Source of the DNA: an uncultured Polyangiaceae bacterium
GTDB taxonomy: Bacteria; Myxococcota_A; Polyangia; Polyangiales; Houyiibacteriaceae
Direction: 5' to 3'
Length of the DNA stretch: 64,000 nt
NCBI GenBank assembly: GCA_964195565.1
Contig: CAXMRN010000075.1
Span: 671 to 64,670 of the forward strand
Under the pieces are notes generated by a model that ran no database searches, was not told the DNA's origin, and saw nothing but the letters and a program-made list of their open reading frames with translations. Shown in pieces: positions 9,320 through 18,705 of the stretch. Made by a program: the position numbers and the translations under genes. The stretch's first letter is position 1; each line of letters begins with the position of its first letter.

Positions 9320-10095
9320 CCGGACTGCTCCTCTGCGCGGGTCTTCGTACGCACCTTACGCCCCGCGAAGAGCCGCGCCAAGCGCGCAAGCGGGTCGTAG
9401 TATCGATCGACGACCCGTTCCTTGAGAGGAATGATCCCGTTGTCGGTGATATTGATGTGCTCCGGGCAGGTATCGGTGCAGCACCGCGTGATGTTGCACA
9501 TCCCCGAGCCGTATTCCTTTTTGATCTCTGGAACTCGGTCGTCATCGTCGAGAGGGTGCATCTCCAAGCTGGCGAGGCGAATCATGAAACGTGGGCCGAC
9601 GAAGGCGTCCTTGCGGTCGCGGTCACGCACCACGTGACACACATCCTGGCAAAGGAAACACTCGATACACTTTCGGAACTCCTGCACGCGGTCTACGTCC
9701 TGCTGATACATCCGATGCTCGCCGTCCCGGCCCCGGGGCTTCGGTTTGAACGGTGCGATTCGCTTGTTCTGCTCGTAGTTCCAGGAGACGTCACAGGTGA
9801 GGTCTTTGATGACCGGAAATGCCTTGAGAGGCTGCACCGTGATGACCTCATCGGGCCCGAAGGTGTTCATCCGAGTCATGCACGCCAGGGCTGGCCGCCC
9901 ATTGATCTCCATGCTGCACGACCCGCATTTGCCGGCTTTGCAGTTCCAGCGGATGGCGAGATCGTTGGCTTGAAGCGCCTGAATGCGATGCAACACATCG
10001 AGGACGACCATGCCTTCGTCCACCTCCGCATCGTACTGATTGAACTCGCCGCCATGCGAGTCACCACGCCAGATCTTGAAGGTGCGCGTGCTCAT
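9316..10095 (-). CDS. sdhB: Succinate dehydrogenase/fumarate reductase iron-sulfur subunit
   Basis: Cys clusters CKAGKCGSCSM (2Fe-2S), CIECFLCQDVC and CNITRCCTDTCP (4Fe-4S/3Fe-4S). Confidence 0.9.
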   Translation of the reverse strand: MSTRTFKIWRGDSHGGEFNQYDAEVDEGMVVLDVLHRIQALQANDLAIRWNCKAGKCGSCSMEINGRPALACMTRMNTFGPDEVITVQPLKAFPVIKDLTCDVSWNYEQNKRIAPFKPKPRGRDGEHRMYQQDVDRVQEFRKCIECFLCQDVCHVVRDRDRKDAFVGPRFMIRLASLEMHPLDDDDRVPEIKKEYGSGMCNITRCCTDTCPEHINITDNGIIPLKERVVDRYYDPLARLARLFAGRKVRTKTRAEEQSG

Positions 10096-11921
10096 CCTAC
10101 CTGGCCTCCCTCGAGCTCTTCGAGCGTCGCGTTGGCAATCGCCGCCAGCTCTGCCGGTGGGTCAGGGCGTTGCACCTTCTCGACTTGCATCTCACCACCC
10201 GGCCCCTTCTTCGTGACGACGTTGAAGCGACCGCACTCGTCGCGCTCACCTTCGAAGTCGAGTCGCGTGTGCGCACCGCGGCTTTCCTCACGAATGTAGG
10301 CCGCACGCGCGACCGCCTCGCCCACGACCAACAGCGACTTCACCGACAGCGCCTCGTGCCACCCCGGGTTGTACTGACTGGTCCCAGGGGCCTTGAGGTT
10401 CTGTGCCCGAACCTTGAGTTCTTTGAGCTGCTCGACCGCGGTCTGGAGCTCCTCGCCAGTCCTCACGATGCCTACGTTGGTGCTCATCACCTCCTGCAGC
10501 GCTTCGTGAAGCAGGTAGGGATTCTCCCCTGTTTCCCTGTTCAAAATGTCGGTCGCTTCCCTGAATGCCGCGGTGACCTGGTCATCGTCGGCCCTGGGCG
10601 CGGAGCCGAGCTCGGATAGGTATGCTTCGACGCCGACACCGGCGAGCCGTCCGAACACAATGAGGTCGGAAAGCGAGTTGCCGCCAAGACGGTTCGCGCC
10701 ATGGAGACCGGCGGCGCATTCGCCGCAAGCGAACAACCCAGGAACGTTCGTCTGTTGGGTGTCCGCATCCACCCGAATGCCGCCCATGAAGTAATGAAGC
10801 GTAGGGCCAACTTCCATTGGAGTCGTCGTGATGTCGACCTCGGCCAGCTCTTTGAACTGATGATACATCGACGGCAGCTTTCGCTTGATCGACTCCGCGG
10901 GACGGCGGGATGCGATGTCGAGGAACGCACCATCATGGGGTGAGCCGCGCCCCGCCTGCACCTCCGCGCGAATCGCACGCGCGACGACGTCACGGGTGAG
11001 AAGCTCCGGCGGCCGGCGCGCGCTTGGATCTTCGGGCCACTTGTCGGCCTCGAGAATCGTGTCGGCGGTCTCCGACGCGAAGCGCTTCGGGATGTAGTTG
11101 AACATGAAGCGCTCGCCCTTGTTGTTGAGCAAGATGCCTCCGTCGCCTCGAACCCCCTCGGTAACCAGCGTGCCGCGCACCGAGGGCGGCCAAACCATGC
11201 CGGTGGGATGGAACTGCGTGAACTCGAGGTCCATGAGCTCCGCCCCGGCCTCGTAGGCGAGGGACGCGCCATCTCCAGTGTACTCCCAGGAGTCGCTGGT
11301 GACGTTCCAGGCCTTTCCCCCGCCACCGGTCGCCATGATCACAGCGGACGTTCGAAACAGGACGAACCTTCCCGTGTCGCGCCAATACCCTGCCACCCCT
11401 GCGATCCGTCCGCCATCGACGAGCAAACGAAGGGCCGTGCATTCCATGTGAAAATGGATGCCCTGGTGGATGCCGTGATCCTGCAGCGTGCGGAGGAGCT
11501 CGAGCCCGGTGCGGTCGCCGACATGCGCGAGCCGAGGGTAACGATGCCCGCCAAAGTTGCGCTGGTTGATCAGGCCGTCGGGCGTTCGGTCGAACACCGC
11601 GCCCCACTCTTCGAGCTCCCGTACACGTTCGGGAGCCTGCTTGGCGTGCAGCTCCGCCATGCGCCACTGGTTCAAGAACTTCCCGCCGCGCATCGTGTCG
11701 CGAAAGTGGATCTTCCAGTTGTCGCGGCGGTCGACGTTGCCGAGTGAAGCGGCCATGCCGCCTTCGGCCATGACCGTGTGAGCCTTACCGAGAAGGCTCT
11801 TGGAGATGACGCCGGTGTTGAGCCCGCGCGCGCTGCACTCGATGGCCGCGCGGAGGCCAGCCCCGCCTGCACCAATGACGAGCACGTCGTGTTCGAAGGT
11901 TTGAATCTCGCTGACGTTCAT
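10092..11921 (-). CDS. sdhA: Succinate dehydrogenase/fumarate reductase flavoprotein subunit
   Basis: 'VIGAGGAGLRAA' FAD fold, 'FHPTG', 'RGDGG', and a C-terminal 'ESRGAHTR' motif. Confidence 0.95.
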   Translation of the reverse strand: MNVSEIQTFEHDVLVIGAGGAGLRAAIECSARGLNTGVISKSLLGKAHTVMAEGGMAASLGNVDRRDNWKIHFRDTMRGGKFLNQWRMAELHAKQAPERVRELEEWGAVFDRTPDGLINQRNFGGHRYPRLAHVGDRTGLELLRTLQDHGIHQGIHFHMECTALRLLVDGGRIAGVAGYWRDTGRFVLFRTSAVIMATGGGGKAWNVTSDSWEYTGDGASLAYEAGAELMDLEFTQFHPTGMVWPPSVRGTLVTEGVRGDGGILLNNKGERFMFNYIPKRFASETADTILEADKWPEDPSARRPPELLTRDVVARAIRAEVQAGRGSPHDGAFLDIASRRPAESIKRKLPSMYHQFKELAEVDITTTPMEVGPTLHYFMGGIRVDADTQQTNVPGLFACGECAAGLHGANRLGGNSLSDLIVFGRLAGVGVEAYLSELGSAPRADDDQVTAAFREATDILNRETGENPYLLHEALQEVMSTNVGIVRTGEELQTAVEQLKELKVRAQNLKAPGTSQYNPGWHEALSVKSLLVVGEAVARAAYIREESRGAHTRLDFEGERDECGRFNVVTKKGPGGEMQVEKVQRPDPPAELAAIANATLEELEGGQVG

Positions 11922-11927
11922 CGATCG

Positions 11928-12758
11928 CTAGTTCGTCCAAGTGTTGAAGTCGGTGATCACGCCCATCGAGACCAGTCGCACGTACACATCGGTGAACCCA
12001 ACCCAGACCAGGCTCGTCCACGCGAAATTGGGATGCCTGGCGTTCAGCCAGCTCACTCTCTTCCAGGCACCGTATCGCACGGTTTCCTCACCACACGACA
12101 TGCAGTCCATGCCCCCACCGATCAGGTGACGAAAGGCGTGGCAACCGAAGGTGTAGCCGGCGAGAAAAGTCGCATTGAGGAAGAGCACGGCGGTGCCGAC
12201 CCCGATGCCGAACTCCCCATTTCGGAAGAGGGAAATGAAGGCGTCGTAGTAGAGGATGAAGATGTAGGCGACGGCAAAGTACAGGGCGTAGCGATGGAGA
12301 TTCTGGAAAATCAGCCACGCGGTTTCGCCGCGGTAAGTACCCGTCGCAACCGGATTCACGGCGCAGGCAGGAGGAGACCCTGTGAACGCGCGGTAGTACG
12401 CCTTGCGATAGTAGTAGCAGGTGAACCGGAAGACACCGGGGAAGAAGAGAATCAGCAAAGCCGGAGAAGCGGGCAGGAAGCTCGGCCACCACGCGGGCCA
12501 CGCACCCAACCAGGCGTGAGTAAGTGGCGCCGCGCCGGCCACGGTAGGATCGGTGTAGAGGGTCGGCGAATAGAGCGGGCTCAAGTACGGATTGGCGTAG
12601 TAGTTGTCGCCTTGGAACGCGGCCCAAGTGACGTAGATGGAAAAGAGGGTCAGGACGACGAACGTGGTGAGGGGGGAGACCCACCAGGTGTCTTTTCGGG
12701 TCGTCGCGGCTGGTCCCGTAGGGTGACCGCCGAGTACAGTGAGTTGTCGGGTGGGCAT
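11928..12758 (-). CDS. sdhC: Succinate dehydrogenase membrane anchor (single large cytochrome b-type subunit)
   Basis: 276 aa, multi-TM with His residues in the helices. It sits immediately upstream of sdhA on the same strand. Confidence 0.65.
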   Translation of the reverse strand: MPTRQLTVLGGHPTGPAATTRKDTWWVSPLTTFVVLTLFSIYVTWAAFQGDNYYANPYLSPLYSPTLYTDPTVAGAAPLTHAWLGAWPAWWPSFLPASPALLILFFPGVFRFTCYYYRKAYYRAFTGSPPACAVNPVATGTYRGETAWLIFQNLHRYALYFAVAYIFILYYDAFISLFRNGEFGIGVGTAVLFLNATFLAGYTFGCHAFRHLIGGGMDCMSCGEETVRYGAWKRVSWLNARHPNFAWTSLVWVGFTDVYVRLVSMGVITDFNTWTN

Positions 12759-12822
12759 GGGCTCGGCGGACTATACAGAAAGCGCCAGGTACCGAACAAG
12801 GATTTCTCGGGAGACTCAGGCC

Positions 12823-13800
12823 ATGAAAACGCTGATTTTGACCCGCGCCGAGGTCGAGCAGGTCACGACGATGGGGCTCGCGGTGACCGCAGTTGAACGT
12901 GCGTTCGCCGGATTCGGCCGTGGTGAAGCCAGCATGCCGCCCAAGGTTTACCTGCCGATCGACGACCACGATGGCGACTTTCGCGCGATGCCGGCACGCC
13001 TCGGCAACTCTGCTGGCATCAAGTGGGTCAACGTCCACGCAAAGAATCGCAAGCGCCACGGGCTTCCCACGGTGATGGCGGTCTACATCCTCAACGACCC
13101 GGCAACCGCTTACCCTCTCTGCGTCATGGACGGCACCCTCCTCACCGCGCTGCGTACCGGCGCCGCGGGCGCGGTCGCTTCGAAGTATCTCGCGAATGAT
13201 CCTCCCAAGACGATTGGTTTCATCGGTTGCGGTGCGCAGGCCTACACCCTGCACGGCACGCACAAAGTCGTATTCGGCGCCTTTGAGGCGCTGGCCCACG
13301 ATCGCAATTCGAGCACGGCGCAGCGTTTCGCCGACGAGGTGGGGGCGCGTGCGGTGAGCTTGGAGGAAGCTGCCGGTGCGGACATCGTCTGCACGGCCAC
13401 GCCGTCCCGTACTCCGTTCCTGCAAGCCCGATGGATTCGACCCGGTGCGCACATCAACGCGATCGGCGCGGACGCCCCCGGCAAACGCGAACTGAGCACG
13501 GAGACCCTCGTGGGTGCGGCCGTGTATGTCGACGACATCCACCAAGCGGCGGGGAGCGGGGAGATCAACGTTCCGCTTGCGAATGGCGACTTCACCTTGG
13601 ACGACGTCGCGGGTACCTTGGGCGAGGTCGTCGCGGGTGCACTACCCAAACCGGATAGCCACACAACCACCGTCTTCGACTCCACCGGCCTCGCCGTCCA
13701 GGACGTGTCGCTTGCCCGGGCGATCTACGACGCGGCGCGATCTCAATCGATCGGTCACGAGGCGAATCTGATCGGCGTCGAACTGGGCGCAGACGGCTAG
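12823..13800 (+). CDS. Ornithine cyclodeaminase / mu-crystallin family (archaeal-type alanine dehydrogenase-like) NAD-dependent enzyme
   Basis: 'MKTLILTRAEVE', Rossmann 'IGFIGCGAQA', 'DIVCTATPS', 'GAHINAIGAD'. ATG 12823 is preferred over the longer track ORF, which would run into the sdhC promoter region. Confidence 0.8.
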   Translation: MKTLILTRAEVEQVTTMGLAVTAVERAFAGFGRGEASMPPKVYLPIDDHDGDFRAMPARLGNSAGIKWVNVHAKNRKRHGLPTVMAVYILNDPATAYPLCVMDGTLLTALRTGAAGAVASKYLANDPPKTIGFIGCGAQAYTLHGTHKVVFGAFEALAHDRNSSTAQRFADEVGARAVSLEEAAGADIVCTATPSRTPFLQARWIRPGAHINAIGADAPGKRELSTETLVGAAVYVDDIHQAAGSGEINVPLANGDFTLDDVAGTLGEVVAGALPKPDSHTTTVFDSTGLAVQDVSLARAIYDAARSQSIGHEANLIGVELGADG

Positions 13801-13803
13801 TTT

Positions 13804-13825
13804 CCCCGCAAAAAAGTGGGGGTTT
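13804..13825 (+). terminator. Weak hairpin plus T-run after the OCD-family gene
   Basis: ccccgc-aaaaaa-gtgggg followed by gttt. The stem is only 6 bp and includes a G:U pair. Confidence 0.3.
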
Positions 13826-13853
13826 CGGGCAGGCCGGCGGTAGGCTTCCGCGG

Positions 13854-14855
13854 GTGCTGCGCCTCGCTTCCATGCTCCTCCTGCTGACGCTGATCTGCCC
13901 GCTCTCGGGCTCCTCGCAGGAGCCGACTCCGGCGTTCTTGGGAGAGCCCGACGCGGATCGGGTCGCCGCCCTACGGAGCGAGAGGATCGCCAAAGTCACC
14001 AAGGGCAAGGGCGGTCGGAGCTTGGCGTTCAAGATCACTCTCGCGGACGGGACGCGCGGCTACTTCAAACCGAAGCAGACCTTCTCCGCGGCCCACTGGT
14101 ACTCGGAGGTGGCCGCGTACTACTTGGACCGCGCGTTGGGACTCGACCGTGTGCCGCCCACAACGGGTCGCATCTTCGAGTGGAGTGAGCTCGAGGCGGC
14201 CGCAGGACACGACGAACGAGTCTCGGAGGTCGGAGTCGCCGAGGATGGGACCGTGAAGGGCGCGTTCATTTGGTGGATACCGGACCCGCTCAAGCGGGTA
14301 CGCATGGGACGGAGGTGGGAACGCTGGGTGCGGATTCAGAAGTCGCTGCCGGTCACCCCGTACCAACGGCCGGTCGACTATCGAGCCGACCTCAATCACC
14401 GCCCCGGCGTCCGCGAAGCAACCGATCCAAGTCGGCCCGTCGCGCAGGCTCCAGACACCGAACATCGCCCGGCCGAGCTGTCCGACCTGATCCTCTTCGA
14501 CTACCTCACGCAGAACGTCGACCGATGGGGGGGAGACTTCACCAACGTCCGTTCGCGCGGACCGGGTGGCCCATTGATCTACCTGGACAATGGAGCGGGC
14601 TTCTGGCTCGGAGAGCAGCGCCTCGGTCTGATGGAGGCGCGACTGAAGGCACTTCAGCGGTTTCGGCGGTCGACCATCGAGGCGGTGCGAACCCTGGATA
14701 TCGAGCGGTTTTCCAGGCGTTTGCGGACGGATCCGCTGGCCCCGGTGCTCAATGAGAAACAGCTCGACGGCCTCGCCCAACGACGCGACGCGGTCCTTCA
14801 GCACGTGGACGCCATGGTGGCGCGATTCGGTGAGGCCCGGGTGTTCGCGTGGTAG
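13854..14855 (+). CDS. Secreted FAM20/Four-jointed-like (Golgi casein kinase fold) protein kinase homologue
   Basis: N-terminal signal peptide (MLRLASMLLLLTLICPLSGSSQ). Motifs YFKPKQ, SEVAAYYLDRALGLDRVPPTTGR, FDYLTQNVDRWGG and IYLDNGAGF parallel the FAM20C motifs as I recall them. Confidence 0.6.
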   Translation: MLRLASMLLLLTLICPLSGSSQEPTPAFLGEPDADRVAALRSERIAKVTKGKGGRSLAFKITLADGTRGYFKPKQTFSAAHWYSEVAAYYLDRALGLDRVPPTTGRIFEWSELEAAAGHDERVSEVGVAEDGTVKGAFIWWIPDPLKRVRMGRRWERWVRIQKSLPVTPYQRPVDYRADLNHRPGVREATDPSRPVAQAPDTEHRPAELSDLILFDYLTQNVDRWGGDFTNVRSRGPGGPLIYLDNGAGFWLGEQRLGLMEARLKALQRFRRSTIEAVRTLDIERFSRRLRTDPLAPVLNEKQLDGLAQRRDAVLQHVDAMVARFGEARVFAW

Positions 14856-14858
14856 GTT

Positions 14859-15863
14859 TTGTCGGTGACCCAACAACTTCGGCTGCCGGCTGAGTGGGAG
14901 CCACACGCCGGCTGCTGGCTCGCGTTTCCGTACCTAGAGGAAGAGTGGCCCGGCTACCTGCTCGAAGCGCAACGTTCGGTCGCCGCGTTGTCCCGCGCGA
15001 TCGCGGGGGCGGGGAACGAATCCGTGCGACTCCTCGTGAAGAACGACCAGGTCGAGGAACGTGCCCGCGCATTGGTTGGGGAGTCACGCAACGTGGAGTA
15101 CCTCACCGCCGACTACGGCGATTGCTGGGTGCGCGACACGGCCCCGCTCTTGGGGCACGCGGCGGATGGCGAGCCAGGCGGATTGTGTTTCGCGTTCAAC
15201 GGATGGGGTGGCAAGTACGAGATGCCGTTCGACCAAGAGGTCGGCAGATGGCTGACCGATCGGCTCCAAGCCAAGCGGTTCGAGTGTCCGGTCGTCTTGG
15301 AAGGTGGGGCACTCGAGACCGACGGCAACGGGACTTTCCTGACCACCGCATCGTGCGCCCTCAACCCGAACCGAAACCCTGGGTTGACGCGGGAGGCGTT
15401 CGAAGAGGCGTTGGGCGCCCTCGTTTCGGTGAGGCGAGTGGTCTGGCTCGACCGTGGTCTGAGGCACGACCACACCGATGGTCACATCGACATGATCGCC
15501 CGTTTTGCAGGCCCTAACAGGGTGATCTGCATGAAGGCCGCGCCTGGCGCTCCTGACGCGGAGGTGCTCGGCTCGATTGAGCGTACCCTCCGCAGCAACG
15601 GCCTGGACGTGCTCGAGCTGCCGGCGCCCGGCGCGGTGACGGCTCCCGACGGCGCCCCTTTGCCGGCGAGCTACTGCAATTTCTACATCGCCAACGAGGC
15701 GGTCATCGTGCCCACCTATGGAGTTCCCGAAGACGGGGCCGCGCTGCGTGAAATCGCGAGCGCGTTTCCCAACCGAGAGGTGATCGGCCTGCCGGCACAA
15801 GACCTGCTAAGAGGAGGCGGAGCGTTTCACTGCGTCACCCAATCCGAGCCCGCCGCGCCATGA
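14859..15863 (+). CDS. aguA: Agmatine deiminase
   Basis: 'LPAEWEPH', 'DCWVRDT', and a C-terminal 'GGGAFHCVTQ' catalytic Cys motif. TTG start at 14859, or GTG at 14865. Confidence 0.85.
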   Translation: MSVTQQLRLPAEWEPHAGCWLAFPYLEEEWPGYLLEAQRSVAALSRAIAGAGNESVRLLVKNDQVEERARALVGESRNVEYLTADYGDCWVRDTAPLLGHAADGEPGGLCFAFNGWGGKYEMPFDQEVGRWLTDRLQAKRFECPVVLEGGALETDGNGTFLTTASCALNPNRNPGLTREAFEEALGALVSVRRVVWLDRGLRHDHTDGHIDMIARFAGPNRVICMKAAPGAPDAEVLGSIERTLRSNGLDVLELPAPGAVTAPDGAPLPASYCNFYIANEAVIVPTYGVPEDGAALREIASAFPNREVIGLPAQDLLRGGGAFHCVTQSEPAAP

Positions 15864-16723
15864 CCTCATCCCCTCTGTCGATCGGTATCGTTCAATGCGC
15901 TCTACACGGTGCACTCGAGGAGAACGTCGACCGCGTCGACACACTAGTCCGCGAAGCAGCGAAACGTGGCGCGCGGATCATACTCACTCCAGAGCTCTTC
16001 GAGGGTCGCTACTTTCCGCAGACCGAGGACGAGCGGGCATTCGACTTGGCTGCACCGCTCGACGGACACCCGACGGTCGCGCGGATGCAATCACTTGCCG
16101 CCGAACTCGAGGTCGTCCTGCCGGTGTCATTCTTCGAACGGGCGGGCCAGAACTACTACAACAGTTTGGTCACGATCGACGCCGACGGCACCGCCCTCGG
16201 GGTCTACCGAAAGAGCCACATCCCGGACGGCCCAGGGTACGAAGAGAAGTTCTACTTTCGTCCGGGCGACACCGGTTTTCGGGTCTGGAACACGCGTCAC
16301 GGCCGGATCGGAGCCGGTATTTGCTGGGATCAGTGGTTTCCTGAAGCCGCGCGCAGTATGGCGCTTCAAGGGGCTGAGGTCTTGCTCTACCCCACTGCGA
16401 TCGGAAGCGAGCCCGGCGCGCCGGGGGACGATACCAAAGCGCCTTGGCAGCGCGCGATGGTCGGACATGCGGTCGCCAACGCGATGCCGGTGGCAGCAGC
16501 CAACCGCGTCGGCACCGAGGCGGAGCTCATTTTCTATGGCAGCTCTTTCGTGTGTGACCACCGTGGGGAGATGGAGGCCGAGCTCGGGCGGGAAGAGGAA
16601 GGTGTCGCGGTTGCTTCATTCGATCGTGAGGCCCTGCGCCGCTACCGAGCGAACTGGGGATTCTTCCGCGACCGCCGCCCCGAACTCTACGGCAGGCTGA
16701 CGGGAGACGAACCTGTTGATTGA
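15860..16723 (+). CDS. aguB: N-carbamoylputrescine amidase (nitrilase superfamily)
   Basis: 'PELF' Glu, 'YRKSHIPDGPGY.EK.YF', 'GAGICWDQWFPE' catalytic Cys. ATGA overlap with aguA. Confidence 0.85.
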   Translation: MTSSPLSIGIVQCALHGALEENVDRVDTLVREAAKRGARIILTPELFEGRYFPQTEDERAFDLAAPLDGHPTVARMQSLAAELEVVLPVSFFERAGQNYYNSLVTIDADGTALGVYRKSHIPDGPGYEEKFYFRPGDTGFRVWNTRHGRIGAGICWDQWFPEAARSMALQGAEVLLYPTAIGSEPGAPGDDTKAPWQRAMVGHAVANAMPVAAANRVGTEAELIFYGSSFVCDHRGEMEAELGREEEGVAVASFDREALRRYRANWGFFRDRRPELYGRLTGDEPVD

Positions 16724-17291
16724 TTCTCTCTACGCGATCGTCGACGCGGAGGTCGCGGACCGACCTCTCGGGTTGGCGTTCCGAGCCTTGAACGCGGGCT
16801 GTGCCGTGGTTCAGCTTCGCGCAAAACGGCTCGACGACGTCTCATTCTTGGAGATTGCCAAACGCGTTCGCTCCGCATGCTCGCACGCGGGGGTTCCGTT
16901 CTTCGTCAACGATCGGGCAGACATCGCGCGCCTCGTCGGCGCCGACGGATTGCACCTTGGGCAAGATGATCTCTCGATCGCGGATGCGCGCAGAGTCGTT
17001 GGGAACATGCAGATCGGAGTTTCGACGCACACCCTAGAACAAGCGGTAGCGGCCGAGGCCGAAGGCGCAGACCTGATCGCCTTTGGCCCTATCTTCGAGA
17101 CCAAGACCAAAGAGAACCCCGATCCGATCGTGGGCCTTCAGGCCCTCGAGCGGGTTTGCCAAACCGTGTCTCGCCCGGTGGTCGCGATAGGTGGAATTAC
17201 ACCGGAAAACGTTGAAGAAACTCGTCGTGCGGGGGCGAGCTACATCGCAGTGATTTCCGCTCTCTCGCGTTTCTTCGAAGACGCCTCCTAG
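16716..17291 (+). CDS. thiE: Thiamine-phosphate synthase
   Basis: 'LYAIVD', 'VQLRAK', 'FFVNDR.DIA....ADGLHLGQDD', 'GVSTH', 'AIGGI'. TTG start overlapping the aguB stop. Confidence 0.85.
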   Translation: MIDSLYAIVDAEVADRPLGLAFRALNAGCAVVQLRAKRLDDVSFLEIAKRVRSACSHAGVPFFVNDRADIARLVGADGLHLGQDDLSIADARRVVGNMQIGVSTHTLEQAVAAEAEGADLIAFGPIFETKTKENPDPIVGLQALERVCQTVSRPVVAIGGITPENVEETRRAGASYIAVISALSRFFEDAS

Positions 17292-18046
17292 CGGGGCGCT
17301 TCTTCGAAGTACTGGATCGCCGTTTCGATCGCCCCACCGAGCGCTTGGTTCACGAGTGTCGCGGTCGCGTCTTCGCCGCTTCGCAGCGCTTCATAGTAAC
17401 GCTGTCGCTCGGTCGCGTGGATCACGACGGGCGGGTAGCCCGCGCGCATGAGAATGACGTTCATCACGAGGCGCGCCACCTTTCCGCTGTGCCGCGGGAA
17501 GGGGTAAATGTGCAGAAGCTGATAGTGGACTTTGCTGGCTACCCGAACGGGGTGCATCGTCTTCTTGGTCTCCGGAGCTGCCAACCACTGGACCAGCTGG
17601 CGCATGCGGTAGCTGATCTTGTCGGGCCGCGAGATCTCGTGGAAGTACAGCCGGTGAAGCGGCATGTCCTTTCGGTACTTGGGCGGGCCCTTCCCCTCGA
17701 GCTCCTCGGGCGCGAGCTGAGCAAACAGTTTCTTGATCACGTCGAGGTTGGGCGAGAAGCGCCGGCGCGAAGACATCTCACGGATCATTTCAATGGCGCC
17801 CATATGGTTCCGGACCTCGTCGTAGACCGGAATGAGCGACGGGTCGGTGACGACCTCATCGTAGATGGCCGCCTTGAGCTCATCCATCGAATAGACGACG
17901 CCTTCTAGTGCGCTGTCGTGATAGATCCAAGCGATGTCGAAGCGCTCTTGATACTCTTGACGCACCTCTGGGCTCGCCGCATCCAACAGCTCCTGAAGCT
18001 GTGCGACTCGCTCTTCTAAGCTGGGACCTTGAAGCGCCTGAACCAA
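17288..18046 (-). CDS. Fic/DOC-family protein with a degenerate active-site motif
   Basis: The Fic-fold core 'LLHIYPFPRHSGKVARLVMNVILMRAGYPPV' aligns to HPFxxGNGRxxR, but His is replaced by Tyr and the GNG is replaced by HSG. Confidence 0.65.
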   Translation of the reverse strand: MVQALQGPSLEERVAQLQELLDAASPEVRQEYQERFDIAWIYHDSALEGVVYSMDELKAAIYDEVVTDPSLIPVYDEVRNHMGAIEMIREMSSRRRFSPNLDVIKKLFAQLAPEELEGKGPPKYRKDMPLHRLYFHEISRPDKISYRMRQLVQWLAAPETKKTMHPVRVASKVHYQLLHIYPFPRHSGKVARLVMNVILMRAGYPPVVIHATERQRYYEALRSGEDATATLVNQALGGAIETAIQYFEEAPR

Positions 18047-18144
18047 GGAATTTCCTCCACCCCCGAGGGACCTACACCATCAGCCCCACGCGGCCGGCGA
18101 AACTAACAGCGGGGCACCAACCCGTCAACCACGGCCGATTTCGG

Positions 18145-18705
18145 CTAATTGAGGGCCCCTGAAATCGCCCCTCGGAGCCGCATTTTGCTGGGAACCCCGG
18201 TCGAGGCCCAGCGAACCACCCCGTCGGCCCCGACGACGATGACCGTGGGAAGCATCTCGATGGCGTATCGTCTTTGAACCGTCCCGGCTCGGTCGTGGAG
18301 GGACGGAAACTCGGTTCCAAAGGCAGCATGAGCCGCTTGCAGCCGTTTCCGGTCGATCGGCTCGACGTTCACGGCGTAGAAGGCGACCCCCTGCTCGGCA
18401 AACTCCTCGTTGAGATCGTTGAGGATGGGCGTCGTCCGACGACAGGCGCCACACCAACTGGCCCAGAAATCGAGGACAACCACTTGCCCGCCCATGTCCG
18501 ACAAGGTGACCTTGGCGGGCCCGCCCGGTTGCGCACCGGCCGCGACTCCGAGAGTCAAGTCCGGGGCAGGCTCGCCCATCAGCGGGGATGCGTTGCCGCG
18601 AGTCATCCACGCATAGAGCGCGACGAACACCATCGCGGTCACCAGCCAGTGAATCCATTTGCGTGGCTCCGCCTGGGCTGGCTGGGTCTCATCGGACTCG
18701 GTCAT
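18145..18705 (-). CDS. TlpA/ResA-like periplasmic thiol:disulfide oxidoreductase (membrane anchored)
   Basis: N-terminal TM helix and 'VLDFWASWCGACR' thioredoxin CxxC motif. Confidence 0.8.
   Translation of the reverse strand: MTESDETQPAQAEPRKWIHWLVTAMVFVALYAWMTRGNASPLMGEPAPDLTLGVAAGAQPGGPAKVTLSDMGGQVVVLDFWASWCGACRRTTPILNDLNEEFAEQGVAFYAVNVEPIDRKRLQAAHAAFGTEFPSLHDRAGTVQRRYAIEMLPTVIVVGADGVVRWASTGVPSKMRLRGAISGALN

Noticed and set aside
11778-13545. Long ORFs 11778-12896 (+, 372 aa) and 12088-13545 (-, 485 aa)
   Set aside because: They lie antisense to or out of frame with sdhC and the OCD-family gene. Their translations are Arg/Gly/Pro/His-rich low-complexity strings with no motifs. These are typical high-GC shadow ORFs.
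16650-16720. TPP riboswitch upstream of thiE
   Set aside because: thiE overlaps the aguB stop codon, so there is no leader in which a riboswitch could lie.
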